Source: Octopus bimaculoides
Taxonomy: Eukaryota
Length of the DNA: 64,000 nucleotides
Direction of reading: 5' to 3'
Assembly (NCBI RefSeq): GCF_001194135.2
Contig: NC_068991.1
Span: forward strand, 10,350,135 to 10,414,134
The number at the start of each line of letters is the position of its first letter. The first letter of the stretch is position 1. The translations under genes were made by a program, and so were the position numbers. Positions 1 through 11,893 of the stretch are shown here, one piece after another. Below the pieces are notes generated by a model. The model searched no databases, was not told the origin of the DNA, and was given only the letters and a program-made list of their open reading frames with translations.

Positions 1-744
1 CATGGTTGGCATGAACTGATTAGATTTTGGGATCGATCTGGTACCAGACAAGGATTCTGGATTATTTTTCTGTTTTTTTTTCGCTTAATTTTTGAGAGTG
101 GTCGGGTTCATTCTTAGCATTCTTGTTTGCAAGAGCAGTCGAGTTTATTTCAGATATTCTCGTTTTAAAAATTATCTCTGGCTAATCATTGAGAATCTTG
201 TGAGTAGATTTGGTAGATGGAAGCTGAAAGAACCCTGTCATATATACGTGTGTGTGTGTGTTTATGTGTTTGTGTGTTTGTGTTTGTCCCCCCCACCATC
301 TCTTAACAATCAGTGTTGGTGTGTTTACGTCCCAGTAACTTAGCAGTTTGACAAAAGAGACCAATAGGATAAGTACTAGACTTACAAAAAATAAGTCCTG
401 GGGTCGATTTGCTCAACTAAAGGTGGTGCTCCAGCATGGCCGCAGTCAAGTGATTGAAACAAGTAAAAGAATAAAAGAATATATACATATGTGTATATAT
501 ATGTATGTATATATGTGTATGTATGTGNNNNNNNNNNNNNNNNNNNNNNNNNNNNNNNNNNNNNNNNNNNNNNNNNNNNNNNNNNNNNNNNNNNNNNNNN
601 NNNNNNNNNNNNNNNNNNNNNNNNNNNNNNNNNNNNNNNNNNNNNNNNNNNNNNNNNNNNNNNNNNNNNNNNNNNNNNNNNNNNNNNNNNNNNNNNNNNN
701 NNNNNNNNNNNNNNNNNNNNNNTATATATATATATATATATTTT

Positions 745-1288
745 GGTTAAATAAATAAAATGAGACAAAGTCAAGACAGTGTGAAATTTTGGGGACATTT
801 TATAAAGCGAAGGGTTGTCATACAGCTGTTTCAGAGATACAAAAGATATCCCATAATCAGAGATGATATGAGAGAGTTAATTAGAAGGAAATAGTAGAGT
901 TCAATATAAGAAGTTATTTTGGAAAAGGAAAAATATAGAAAGTATAAAGGGAAATACAAAAATAAAGATAAAGATATAAGTTGGATGTTAAATTTGCTGT
1001 TTCATTATCCAAGGAAAGTGTTGTGTAGAATGGGTAAAAAGGCTTCTTGTCCATGGTATGTAAGTTCCAATAGGAATTCAAATTTTGTTATTACAAATGG
1101 ATAGTGGGCAACAAAATAACTTCTTATATTGAACCCTACTATTTCCTTCTAATTAACTCTCTCATATCGTCTCTGATGATGGGATATCTTTTATATCCCT
1201 GAAACAGCTGTAAGGCTACCCTTCTCTTTATAAAATGTCCTAGAAATTTTCACACTGCCTTGGCTTTGTTGTCTCATTTTATTTAACC
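745..1288. mobile_element. Fold-back element with ~177-bp inverted arms, each carrying a Penelope-type hammerhead motif
   Basis: 745-921 is the approximate reverse complement of 1112-1288, with a 190-bp spacer. Confidence 0.7.
1168..1216 (+). ncRNA. Minimal type I hammerhead ribozyme motif (PLE type)
   Basis: CTGATGA (1173-1179), stem II GGGATAT/ATATCCC, GAAA (1201-1204), palindromic ACAGCTGT stem III, GUA triplet, short stem I TCT/AGG. Activity is untested. Confidence 0.65.
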
Positions 1289-1932
1289 TATACATCCTCA
1301 CAGATGACCTGCATTAGACTCCTCACTCATACTATTATCAAACCGGGAGTCTAACAGCGGTCCTTTTGTTGTACTTACATAGCCTTACCCGGCTTTTGGA
1401 TCTTCTAGATACCAAAACCTCTCATATATATATACATCATCATCATCATCATTTAACGTCCGCTTTCCATGCTAGCATGGGTTGGACGATTTGACTGAGG
1501 ACTGGCAAGCCAGAAGGCTGCACCAGGCTCCAATCTGATCTGGCAGAGTTTCTACAGCTGGATGCCCTTCCTAACACCAACCACTCTGAGAGTGTAGTGG
1601 GTGCTTTTACGTGCCACTGGCACGAGGGCCAGTCACACAGTACTGGCAACAGCCACACTCAAAAGGGTGTTTTCTATGGGCCACCTTCACAGGAGCCAGT
1701 CCAGCTGGCCCTGGCAACCTCACTCGAATGATTTTCTAACGTGCCACCAGCACAAGTGCTAGAAGGCGTCGCTGGTAACGATTATGCTCAAACGGTGCTA
1801 TTTACGGGCCACTAGCACGGAAGCCAGACAGCTGCTCTGGCAATGAACATGCTCAGACAGTGCTGTTAGTGCTCCACTGGCACAGGTGCCAGTCATCGAG
1901 CATGGTTCAATTTCGATTGAACCATACTCGAT

Positions 1933-1980
<48 letters not shown>

Positions 1981-2338
1981 TTTTCTATATCTATATCTGT
2001 TGTATTCTGTTATGTCCTAACAAACAAGCAGAAACAAAGATGATAGAGATTTTAAAAAAAGAGAGAAAACTGGGAAGTTTATCAAATGTTGAACTGTTCG
2101 TAGTAGCAGTCATTAAAAGTCATCATTCTTAATTGCTCATTAATCCATTAATCTTACTTTGCCAGCTTCGTTATATAATCTACAGTAATCCTATCCCTTC
2201 ACCCCTCTTACCTCTCTCTGCTCCACACACACACACACACACACACAATTCACTCAATTTTTCTATCCTTCTCCATACGTCAGAGTGTACCTTGGTGAAT
2301 ATGTGTGTATATGCATCTGCATGTGATTGCTTGGGTTC

Positions 2339-2373
<35 letters not shown>

Positions 2374-3646
2374 CATGAGTGCTTGGACCTTCGTCTATAT
2401 GTTGATGTATAAACATAATTGTTCATTCATATGTATGCCATCACTATGTATGTGTGTGTGTGTGNNNNNNNNNNATAATTGTTCATTCATATGTATGCCA
2501 TCACTATGTATGTGTGTGTGTGTGTGTTTTGTGTGTGTGCATATGTGTGTGTATTTATATAAGTGTGTGTACACAGGGATATATGTATGTATGTGCATGT
2601 GTGTTACCAACACAAATCTTGTATACTGACTCGGTCAACTCCCAGATTAGTCCTCTCCTCTCCATCACCACCACCACCACCACCACCACCACTGTAATGA
2701 AATAATTCATTATAATTAGGAAGTTATGCGATAGATTGTGACAAATTAGTTTCAACCTGAAATATTTCGATATTCTAAACAATGAGGCACCTGCTTTTAT
2801 AGGTGGCTCTGACTGGTGTGCTGATAGTTTGAGCTCAAGGTCAGGAAGTGGAGTGTGTTAATTAACCTGAGAACTAATCAGCTTTTGTACAACAACAACA
2901 GCAACAACGACAACAATAGGAAGTGGTTGAGAATCTACCAAAGTACTAGGCTTTTGGAATGGAAGTAACAGTATGTGGGGCATGAAAGTAAATAAAATCA
3001 TTACCAGTAATAAATGGGGCACTAGGTTTGATTTAAAAAAAAAAATTATGGAAAATAATGCGTGGCGGTTACCAGACCGCCGGACTGGCCCTCGTGCCGG
3101 TGGCATGTAAAAAGCACCCACTAGGCTCTTGGAGTGGTTGGTGTTAGGAAGGGCATCCAGCTGTAGAAACTCTACCTGATCAGATTGGAGCCTGGTGCAG
3201 CCATCTGGTTTGCCAGTCCTCAGTCAAATCGCCCAACCCATGCCAGCATGGAAAGCGGACGTTAAACGATGATGATGATGATGGAAGGCGGCAAGTTGGC
3301 AGAATCGTTAGCACCCTCCTCTCTCTTCTTTTGCATGCTACTTCACTCAGTGCAACTTGCACTTTGCACTTGGTGCATTGCTATCTATTAAATAACAAAG
3401 ACTGGGCCTTTTTATAGTTTTTGATTTTGTAAAAATATGGATGACATGAAGTGACACAAAAAAACAAGAAGAAGGTACAAGGTGCAGAGAAGGAATGAGC
3501 TGAGAGACGAAACATGAGCTTAAGCATAGGAACAACGGTGGAGAAGAGAAATGAGGCTGAAAGAGAACATTTCCTTCATCANNNNNNNNNNNNNNNNNNN
3601 NNNNNNNNNNNNNNNNNNNNNNNNNNNNNNNNNNNNNNNNNNNNNN

Positions 3647-3698
<52 letters not shown>

Positions 3699-6323
3699 AG
3701 TTTCAGAAAACTAATTATTGTGTTTTAATTGTTATCACCCATGGAATTCTTATGGGTTCAACTAGTTGGCAGAGTCATGGCTGTGTGATAGAAGCTTGCT
3801 TCCCGACCACATGGTTCCAGGTTCAGTCCCACTGTGTGACATCTTGGGCGATGTCTTAAACCAAAGCCTTGTGAGTGGATTTGGTTGACAGAAACTGAAA
3901 GAAACCCATCATGTGTGTGTGTGTGTTTATGCCTGTTTGTCTCCTACCTCCACTTGACAACTGGTGTTGGTGTGTTTCTGTCTCTGTAACTTAGCAGTTC
4001 AGCAAAAGAGACCAATAGAATAAGTACCAGGCTTAAAAAAAGAAACATATGTAAAAGGGTTGATTCACTTGACTAAAAATTCTTCAAGGCACTGCCCCAG
4101 AAGGACCATAATTATTGACTGAAACGTAAAAGACAAAAAAACAAATAGTTTATATAATTTCTGTACAAAAGATCACTTTATCATTTTTTTGTTATATGAT
4201 TTTTTTTTCTTTTCTACTTAATTATCAAATATTATCTTTTTGTTTGTCCTAATAACTAGTGTGTACCTTGATAAAACCAAGACATGATAAAGCCTTCCCC
4301 TTTCCTCTGCCACTACACCCCCACCTCTTCAACTACTGGGTCACATATATATATAAAAAGTTGATTACTTAAATAAACAATTACTCCAGAATAATTGGTG
4401 TTTCTAGATCTTATTCAACACAGAAATCTTTAAAAATTTACTGTAAGTAACTTAATGTTGTCTCTTTTGAAATACTCTCTTTTCGAACTTGCATTTGTAC
4501 TGTTTATGTGACAAATAAGGGCTGAGGAAGCCTATGATCCTAACACTATCTGCCACCTTGTGGCCTCTAATGATAGCTTTTTTATTTTTTCCATCTTGTT
4601 CTACTCTGCTGTATAGAGAATCGGCTCTTGTCCATATATATACTAGTTTATCACAGAAGCTGCTGCTTGTAGGTAACCAACATAATTTCCCAAATGAAAA
4701 TTACTTCTAGCTTGACAACATGCAGCTTTTGTGGCTCCTAAGGGTAGCTTTCTGGTTTGCATTAAAAATACATTTATGTTAATGACACCGAATTGTACAG
4801 TCATGGGAAAACTGCAATGCGTGTGATTTCCTGAGTGACATGTTAAATTTCATAAGAAAATAACATGTGTAATTGTTTAAGTAGTACAGCTCACTTGATC
4901 GTGAACCATGCCTCATGTGGCCTGCTTCTCAAAATTGTTGCAGGCATAGCTGTATGATAAAAAGCTTGCTTCCAAACCACATGGTTCTGAGATCAGTCTC
5001 ATTGCGTGGCACCTTGGGCAAGTGTCTTCTACTATAGCATCAGGTCAACCAAAGCCTTGTGAGTGGATTCAGTCGATGGAAACTGAAAGGAGCCTGTCAT
5101 ATATGTGTGTGTCTTTGTATCTGTGTTTGTCCCCCACCGTTGCTTGACAAATGATGTTAATGTGTTTATGTAACTTAACAGTTTGGCAAAAGAAACCAAT
5201 AAAAATAAATACTAGGCTTCAAAAAAAAAAAAAAAAAGAAGCACTGGGATTTGATCATTCGACAAAAAATTCTCCAAGGTAGTGCTCCAGCATGGCCACA
5301 GTCTACTGACTGAAACAAGTGAAAGATAGAAGATAAAAAATACCTGGTATAGTATTCTTTTTTTTAAAGTTCTTAAATTATTTAAATGAGTCATTAAAAG
5401 TTACAAAAAATTTTTTAATGAGTTGTTTAAATAATTAAGAACTTTAAAAAAAATACTACCCTACTTCTGACCTCCATCTTTGTCAATGTACCCACCCCCG
5501 CCGCCACACTTCACATTATCTCCCTATTTCTCATTATCTACAGCTTTATGATACTGTTGCTCTCTACCCACCAACCCACCCCTTTTCATGTAGTACCACC
5601 AACCACTTCCTTCTCCTTAAGCCACGGCGATTTTCTTTACATTCCCACAAACTGAAGGCAAACAGCTTTATGGTTAAAGTGTTCAGCTCAGGATCATAAG
5701 ACTGTGGGTTCAATTCTTGGTGGTATGTTGTCTCCTTGAGCAAGACACTTTATTTCATGCTACTACAGTCAACTCAGCTGACGAAAATGACTTGTACCTG
5801 TGATTCAAAGGGCCAGCTTTGTCACATTCTGTGTGTCATGCTGAATATCCCTAAGGAGGAATTTCAACCATGTTTCGTGGTCTGCTACCACAACAGCTCC
5901 TTTATAGGATCCAGTTAGCTCAAGACATCATCAGGAGGAACCACGTCCAGTTTCGGCCCCTACTCCTCTACTGTTTTGACGTGGCGGAGCCCCCACTTTT
6001 GGAGGTGTCTTCAGCTCTGGTGTTGGGTGCATGTCTTCTTTCTTCTATTCCCTGGCCTCTTCGATGCAGCATCAATGAGTGTCAGCGTCCGACTGACTGT
6101 CTTGTCAAATTCCCCTTTTTATACATTAAAAGTATGAATGTCCAAGTCAAATAACCACATAGATTCTCCTTAAAAACTTCAACACAACCAATTTATTGTT
6201 CTTGCATGAAAAAGTACTTTATTGTCTTATATTTTATATTTTCTTTTACATTATTTACTTTTAATAATGTCTCACGATATTTTGGTGGGTAAATCTAGTT
6301 ATGCTCCAGTGAAGAACTCAAAG

Positions 6324-6476
6324 ATGTCAACAGCAACGACGGAGAATATCTTAAATGAAGTCTTTGGACTGATTGAGAAACATGGAGAAAATGAATATTT
6401 TGGAGAACCAGTCAGTATTAAGGAACACATGATCCAGTGTGCCATGTTAGCTGAAGAAGAGAATTATTCTAAAGAG
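6324..6476 (+). CDS. PhnZ-like gene, coding exon 1 ([16 protein letters not shown]...EEENYSKE)
   Basis: ATG at 6324, donor GAG|gtgagt at 6477, phase 0. An in-frame upstream ATG at 6267 is an alternative start. Confidence 0.85.
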
Positions 6477-9293
6477 GTGAGTTAATGAACATTGTTGCTG
6501 TTATTGACCTACCTTCCAGGTATTGTGTAATTCAGATTGTGTTATCCAGTGTGTTTATGCATATATGTGTATGTGTATTGGTTGTACCTATTTGGATATG
6601 AGAGGTATGGCCTCAAACCTCTGGTCTGGTTTTTTATTTCCTGCAAAATTGTGCTACTGTTGATAATTTGCATAATGGAAATATATACTAAGCATTTAAC
6701 ACCTGTTATTGTGTTTCTTATTTCTTTATTGCCCACAAGGGGCTAAACATAGAGGGGACAAACAAGAACAGACAAAGGGATTAAGTTGATTACATCGACC
6801 CCAGTGCATAACTGGTACTTAATTTATCGACCCCGAAAGGATGAAAGGCAAAGTCGACCTCGGCGGAATTTGAACTCAGAACGAAACGGCAGACGAAATA
6901 CCGCTAAGCATTTCGCCCGGTGTGCTAACGATTCTACCAGCTCACCTGTTATTGTGTTTCTTGTTGGACACTGAAGTGGTTATGAGCAAGGTTATATAAT
7001 ATTTCAACAATGATTATGTAATCATGAAAGAAATTAGTTGAAACAGCAGCCACCCTCTTGACCCAAGGCAGCACTACTCCTCCAGGGACTTGATGTTGGC
7101 TTCCGTGTTGAGTCTGAGGCCATGTGGGAAGATGAATGGAGGTATAATGTCACCATAACTAGTGGTCATTCCAAACACCATGATGTTGACTGGATGTTTA
7201 ATTTTTATATCTCTCGGTACATGTCCTCAGATTGACACCCAAACACTCTGAAATGTTTGTATTGGAGCTTCTGGCATGAATGCCAAGCAGTACAGTATCT
7301 CGTTTCCCAATTTCCAAAAGAAAATAAATATTAGGGTTGATTCATTCGACTAAAAATTCTTCAAAGGTGGAACCACAGCATGGCTTCAATCTAACAACTG
7401 AAACAAAGAGAAGCTAAAAAAAAAAAAAAATAGAATGCTACAAAGCAAAATATATTAGCAAGGGGACTAAAATTTACTCCCAACTTTCTGTTGATCTAAT
7501 TCCATCATCATTTAACATCCATTTTTCCATGCTTGCATTAGTGATAGAAATTAAATTTTCCATCACTGGATGCTTTTTCTGTCACCAAACCTCACCTGTT
7601 TCCAAGCAAGGTGGAAATGAGCAACTCTACTTGTATGATGATGATGCTCGTTTACAACCATCATGTGACGTCTTCACAAGGTTATAAACACACACACAGA
7701 TATACAAAGAGCTTCTTTCAGTTTCCCCTCAACCAAATCCACTCAAGCCTTTGATCAGTCTGGGGCCAAAGCAGATGACACTTGCCCAAGGTGCCATGCA
7801 GTGGGACTGAACACATACTTATGTGCTCGGGTAGCAAGATTCTTAACTAAACAGCCACACCTGTGCCTAAAATGAAATTAAATATGATATTTCACAATTT
7901 GTAGAAAATTGAAACTCACAGAAAGATTATTTGCTAAGAATAATAAGTATGGTGAATGGCATGTTAGGAACAAAAACAATGATTTTTCACCCAAAAGTTG
8001 GAGTAAAAAAAACTTAAATATTTTTGTGATCACATTTTGAATTTTCCATCTAATGTCATAGATAACCAAAGACTTAAGTCAAACGTCATCACTGCTGATG
8101 ACAGAAGAAAGATAACAAATTGGCAATTAAAGAAGCTGATAAAGGAAGTGCAGTTATATTGATTGTTCATGAATACTAAATGTTATAAAAATTTTGTTTT
8201 ATCCATGCTAGAAGACAATGTACACTACAGAAGGGTTATAAATTACAACCAACACAAATTGATGGAGAACCATCATCATCATCATTACCATCATTGTTTA
8301 ACATCCATCTTCCATACGTGCATGGGTAGGACAGTTCACAGGAGCTGGTCAGGTAGAAAAACTTCTCTATGCTGCTCTGTTTTGGCAGGGTTTTTATAAT
8401 TGGATGCCCTTCCTAACGCCAACCACCCCACAGAGTGGACTCTGTGCTTTTTACGGTGCACTAGCAAGGGCAAGGTTAGTTTTGGCATGATTTTTACAGC
8501 TGGATGCCCTTCCAAATGCCAACCACTTTACAGTTGGACTGGATGCTTTTTACATGACACCAACATTGGCAGGGTCACATGTATCTTACAATTTTGTTAC
8601 ACTTGTACCAAAAAGGGGGAAGGTGCTTGACTTAGTGTTTAATGTATTTGGCTCACAATCATAGAGTTGTGAGTTTGGTTTCTACAGCTGAGTGCCCTTC
8701 CTAAAACCAACCCCTTCTCCACTGCAGTTTATCAACATCGTTATTATTATCATCATCATGGCTATTATAATTATACCTGAGTTACTTCCTCTCACCGGTC
8801 TTTATACTGTGTCCATGACCAAGACAACTGCTTATCAACGGTACTGTTTACCTTGCTATAAGTTGGTACCACTATTTACCAATAGCAGCAGCAGCAACAG
8901 TAGTACCTTTGGCAAGGCATAATATAAGAACCACCCAACTGAGGGCAACAACCATTTAACCCTCACCTCTTTGATTGAAAGTTTCCTAATAGACACCACA
9001 ACAGAATGAATGTGGTTATCTCTGGTGTACCACCACCATCACCACCACCACCACTACCACTATCACCACTAATATCATCGTCATCATCAGATTATGCTCA
9101 GTTTAAAAATTACTCGTCCAGTTAATAGACACACACATACGAAAAAAAAAAAAAATCCACCAACCACATCATCAGAGCCACCCAACCATCCATACATAAT
9201 CATTAAAAAAAAACTGGATTAAGGGTGGAGTTAATCTCATTGAGATAATCCTCTTAAAACTGTTGTTCTTCTTGTTTGTGTTCTTCTCTTCCC

Positions 9294-9332
<39 letters not shown>

Positions 9333-9423
9333 CACATACATACATATATATATACATACATATATACATATATTTATATATATATACATACATACATACA
9401 TATATTTATATATATATACATAC

Positions 9424-9510
<87 letters not shown>

Positions 9511-11221
9511 TATCTATACATACATATATATATAAATATATATACACACATATATATAAGAGTGTAATGGGCGCTTTTTTATGTGCCACTGGCATAGATG
9601 CCAGTTATTTGACATCAGCATTGGCCACAACTATGATTTCACTTGGTTTAATGAATTTTCTCAAGCATGGCATAATGCCAAAGGTCTTGTTCACTTATCA
9701 CTTCTGTAGGGCCCAACACTTGATGGGTTCTTTTTATGCACCACCAGCACAGCCACGACTACTTTTTCACTTGGCTTCATGGGTTTTCTCAAGCACTGGA
9801 TATCGCCCAAATTGTTTTGAATTTATGAAGCTTATTCGAGAATTCAATGATGCAATTGTTTATCTTTAAAATGACATTGTAGGGTAGGTGTGAGAGATCA
9901 GATCTGGCCAGTTTGAACCTAAAACATGTAGCATATTTGACCCAGATATGACAAGTTTAAATGCTAAAAGATTAAATCTACTGCAGTGGGGCCAGGCTTT
10001 TCAGTGATTTATTCTGTGTCCAGCATGGAGAATGAACATCTGACTCTGGCGATGGCGCTGGTGGTGGCAGCTGCAACAGTAGCAGTGTTGGTAGTGGTTA
10101 TGGCATCAGAGGTGAAGTAGTAGTAGTAGTAGTTGTTGTGCAACACTGCCTGAAGGATGGCGGAAAAAATGTGAGTGTGATGTCATCTGTATATGTTTTG
10201 CAACAATTTGGACAATACAAAAAGGGTCAAATATATATTGTTTGAAAAGAGTGGGTGAGATGTACCCCTGTGACAGATCATTCACAAAACTGCAAGTTCT
10301 GGGAGTTTTGCCTTTGTATAACTGTGCAGGCTAGGCAATCTAACAAGCAATTTGCTAGTCAGCATTTCATTTTGTTATTTTGAGTAATTTCGGTAGGAGT
10401 GGATAAAGAGGAATGGTAGCAAAAAACTTATGTTTTGGAATTATTGGTTATGTTCTTTGCCTTACTATGTGTTTCAGGTCATTCTTGGAGCATTCTTCCA
10501 TGACTTTGGACATTTCCTGCAAATGGAAGGGAAACAGAATCTAATGATTGTTGATGGTGTTGTCTTGGGGACATCAAACCATGAAAAAATCGCAGCAGAG
10601 TATCTGGAAGCCAGGAATTTCTCTCCCATCATTTGCAACATTGCCAGACACCATGTGAATGCTAAGAGATATCTTGTTTTCAAGAATAAATCCTATTATG
10701 AGTGTGAGTAGCTTCTAACGTGATCTTTCTGTTTAAAATGATCCTTTATGAGTCAATGTGGTAGAATGTATATAGCCACTCAACCTGCTAGAAATACCAG
10801 CTAAATTTCTCATAACTTGCGCCTTACCATATTAAGTAATATATTGAATGAACCAATGAAGGAGTCTTTATATAGTCATTTTGGTCTCTGAGAAATAGCT
10901 GCCAAATCTCCCTCTGAATACATTCTGCCACCTTAGAAAAGAATACTTGGGATAGCATGGTTCTAAGCATACTGGGCCTAGCAAAAAGGTAGAATGATCA
11001 AGGCTGGAATGTCTCTGATCAAAAGTGTGAATATTTTATGTATGTATGTGTGCGTGTGCGTTGGATTGGCTGTGTGGTAAGTAGCTTGCTTCCCAGCCAC
11101 AAGGTTGCGGGTTCAGTCCCACTGCGTGGCACCTTGGGCAAGTGTCTTCTACTATAGCCTCAGGCTGACCAAAGCCTTGTGAGTGGATTTGGTAGATGGA
11201 AACTGAAAGAAGCCCATCGTA

Positions 11222-11252
<31 letters not shown>

Positions 11253-11822
11253 NNNNNNNNNNNNNNNNNNNNNNNNNNNNNNNNNNNNNNNNNNNNNNNN
11301 NNNNNNNNNNNNNNNNNNNNNNNNNNNNNNNNNNNNNNNNNNNNNNNNNNNNNNNNNNNNNNNNNNNNNNNNNNNNNNNNNNNNNNNNNNNNNNNNNNNN
11401 NNNNNNNNNNNNNNNNNNNNNNNNNNNNNNNNNNNNNNNNNNNNNNNNNNNNNNNNNNNNNNNNNNNNNNNNNNNNNNNNNNNNNNNNNNNNNNNNNNNN
11501 NNNNNNNNNNNNNNNNNNNNNNNNNNNNNNNNNNNNNNNNNNNNNNNNNNNNNNNNNNNNNNNNNNNNNNNNNNNNNNNNNNNNNNNNNNNNNNNNNNNN
11601 NNNNNNNNNNNNNNNNNNNNNNNNNNNNNNNNNNNNNNNNNNNNNNNNNNNNNNNNNNNNNNNNNNNNNNNNNNNNNNNNNNNNNNNNNNNNNNNNNNNN
11701 NNNNNNNNNNNNNNNNNNNNNNNNNNNNNNNNNNNNNNNNNNNNNNNNNAAAAGATCCCAACAAGGTTCTTAAACCAATCGAATATTATCGAAATATGTG
11801 TGCAGACATTCTCAAGAAATGA
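6324..11822 (+). CDS. PhnZ-like HD-domain diiron oxygenase (2-amino-1-hydroxyethylphosphonate dioxygenase family), spliced gene: join(6324..6476,10478..10703,<11751..11822)
   Basis: The exon translations give [49 protein letters not shown] and C-terminal [23 protein letters not shown]. These match the PhnZ/TmpB motif order (EYxGEPV..EHMxQ..HDxGH..HE..HVxAKRY..KxP...PxxxY) from memory of the family. Introns are GT-AG and the phase 0 junction between exons 1 and 2 is consistent. The substrate is inferred. Confidence 0.88.
6720..6942 (-). mobile_element. tRNA-derived SINE, family C, with Deu/Nin-like central domain; full-length with 20-bp TSD
   Basis: Head GAGCTGGTAGAATCGTTAG...GAGTTCAAATTC; central GACTTTGCCTTTCATCCTTTCGGGGTCGATAAATTAAGTACC. 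TSD CACCTGTTATTGTGTTTCTT at 6700-6719 and 6943-6962. Other copies are at about 14001, 16765, 17003, 35345, 41110-41440, 45787, 46944, 50050, 51612, 55190 and 61470. Confidence 0.85.
7044..7212 (-). mobile_element. Tc1/mariner (maT/Bmmar1-like) transposase fragment
   Basis: Translates as [51 protein letters not shown] with a frameshift, typical of the DD37D-like catalytic domain. Confidence 0.8.
9296..9560. repeat. Compound (CT)n/(TA)n/(TACA)n microsatellite (representative of many)
   Basis: Read directly. Similar (TA)n, (CA)n, (GA)n, (CAT)n, (GTG)n and (ACC)n tracts occur throughout, e.g. 13540-13870 and 51040-51400. Confidence 0.95.
10478..10703 (+). CDS. PhnZ-like gene, coding exon 2 (HD motif exon)
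   Basis: Acceptor tttcag|GTC, donor T|gtgagt (phase 1). Encodes [12 protein letters not shown]...[18 protein letters not shown]. Confidence 0.9.
11751..11822 (+). CDS. PhnZ-like gene, visible 3' end of the last coding exon
   Basis: Emerges from gap 11253-11750 as [26 protein letters not shown], which fits the family C-terminus. The acceptor is not visible. Confidence 0.75.
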   Translation, partial: KDPNKVLKPIEYYRNMCADILKK

Positions 11823-11859
11823 ATTGGAGACATTTGGAATTTGGACAGTTTCTGGAATT

Positions 11860-11893
<34 letters not shown>

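Noticed and set aside
2414-2525. Direct duplications flanking 10-N gaps (also 54373-54430 versus 54441-54498)
   Set aside because: Typical scaffolding overlap artefacts, not real tandem duplications.
1-6300. A PhnY/TmpA-like partner gene or 5' exons next to the PhnZ-like gene
   Set aside because: No 2-oxoglutarate dioxygenase motifs or convincing exon were found by eye. Absence here says nothing about the rest of the genome.
9172-9869. ORFs made of YI, TH, V/M or RE repeats (also 13490-13821, 2133-2782)
   Set aside because: These are translations of microsatellites, with no splice or homology support.
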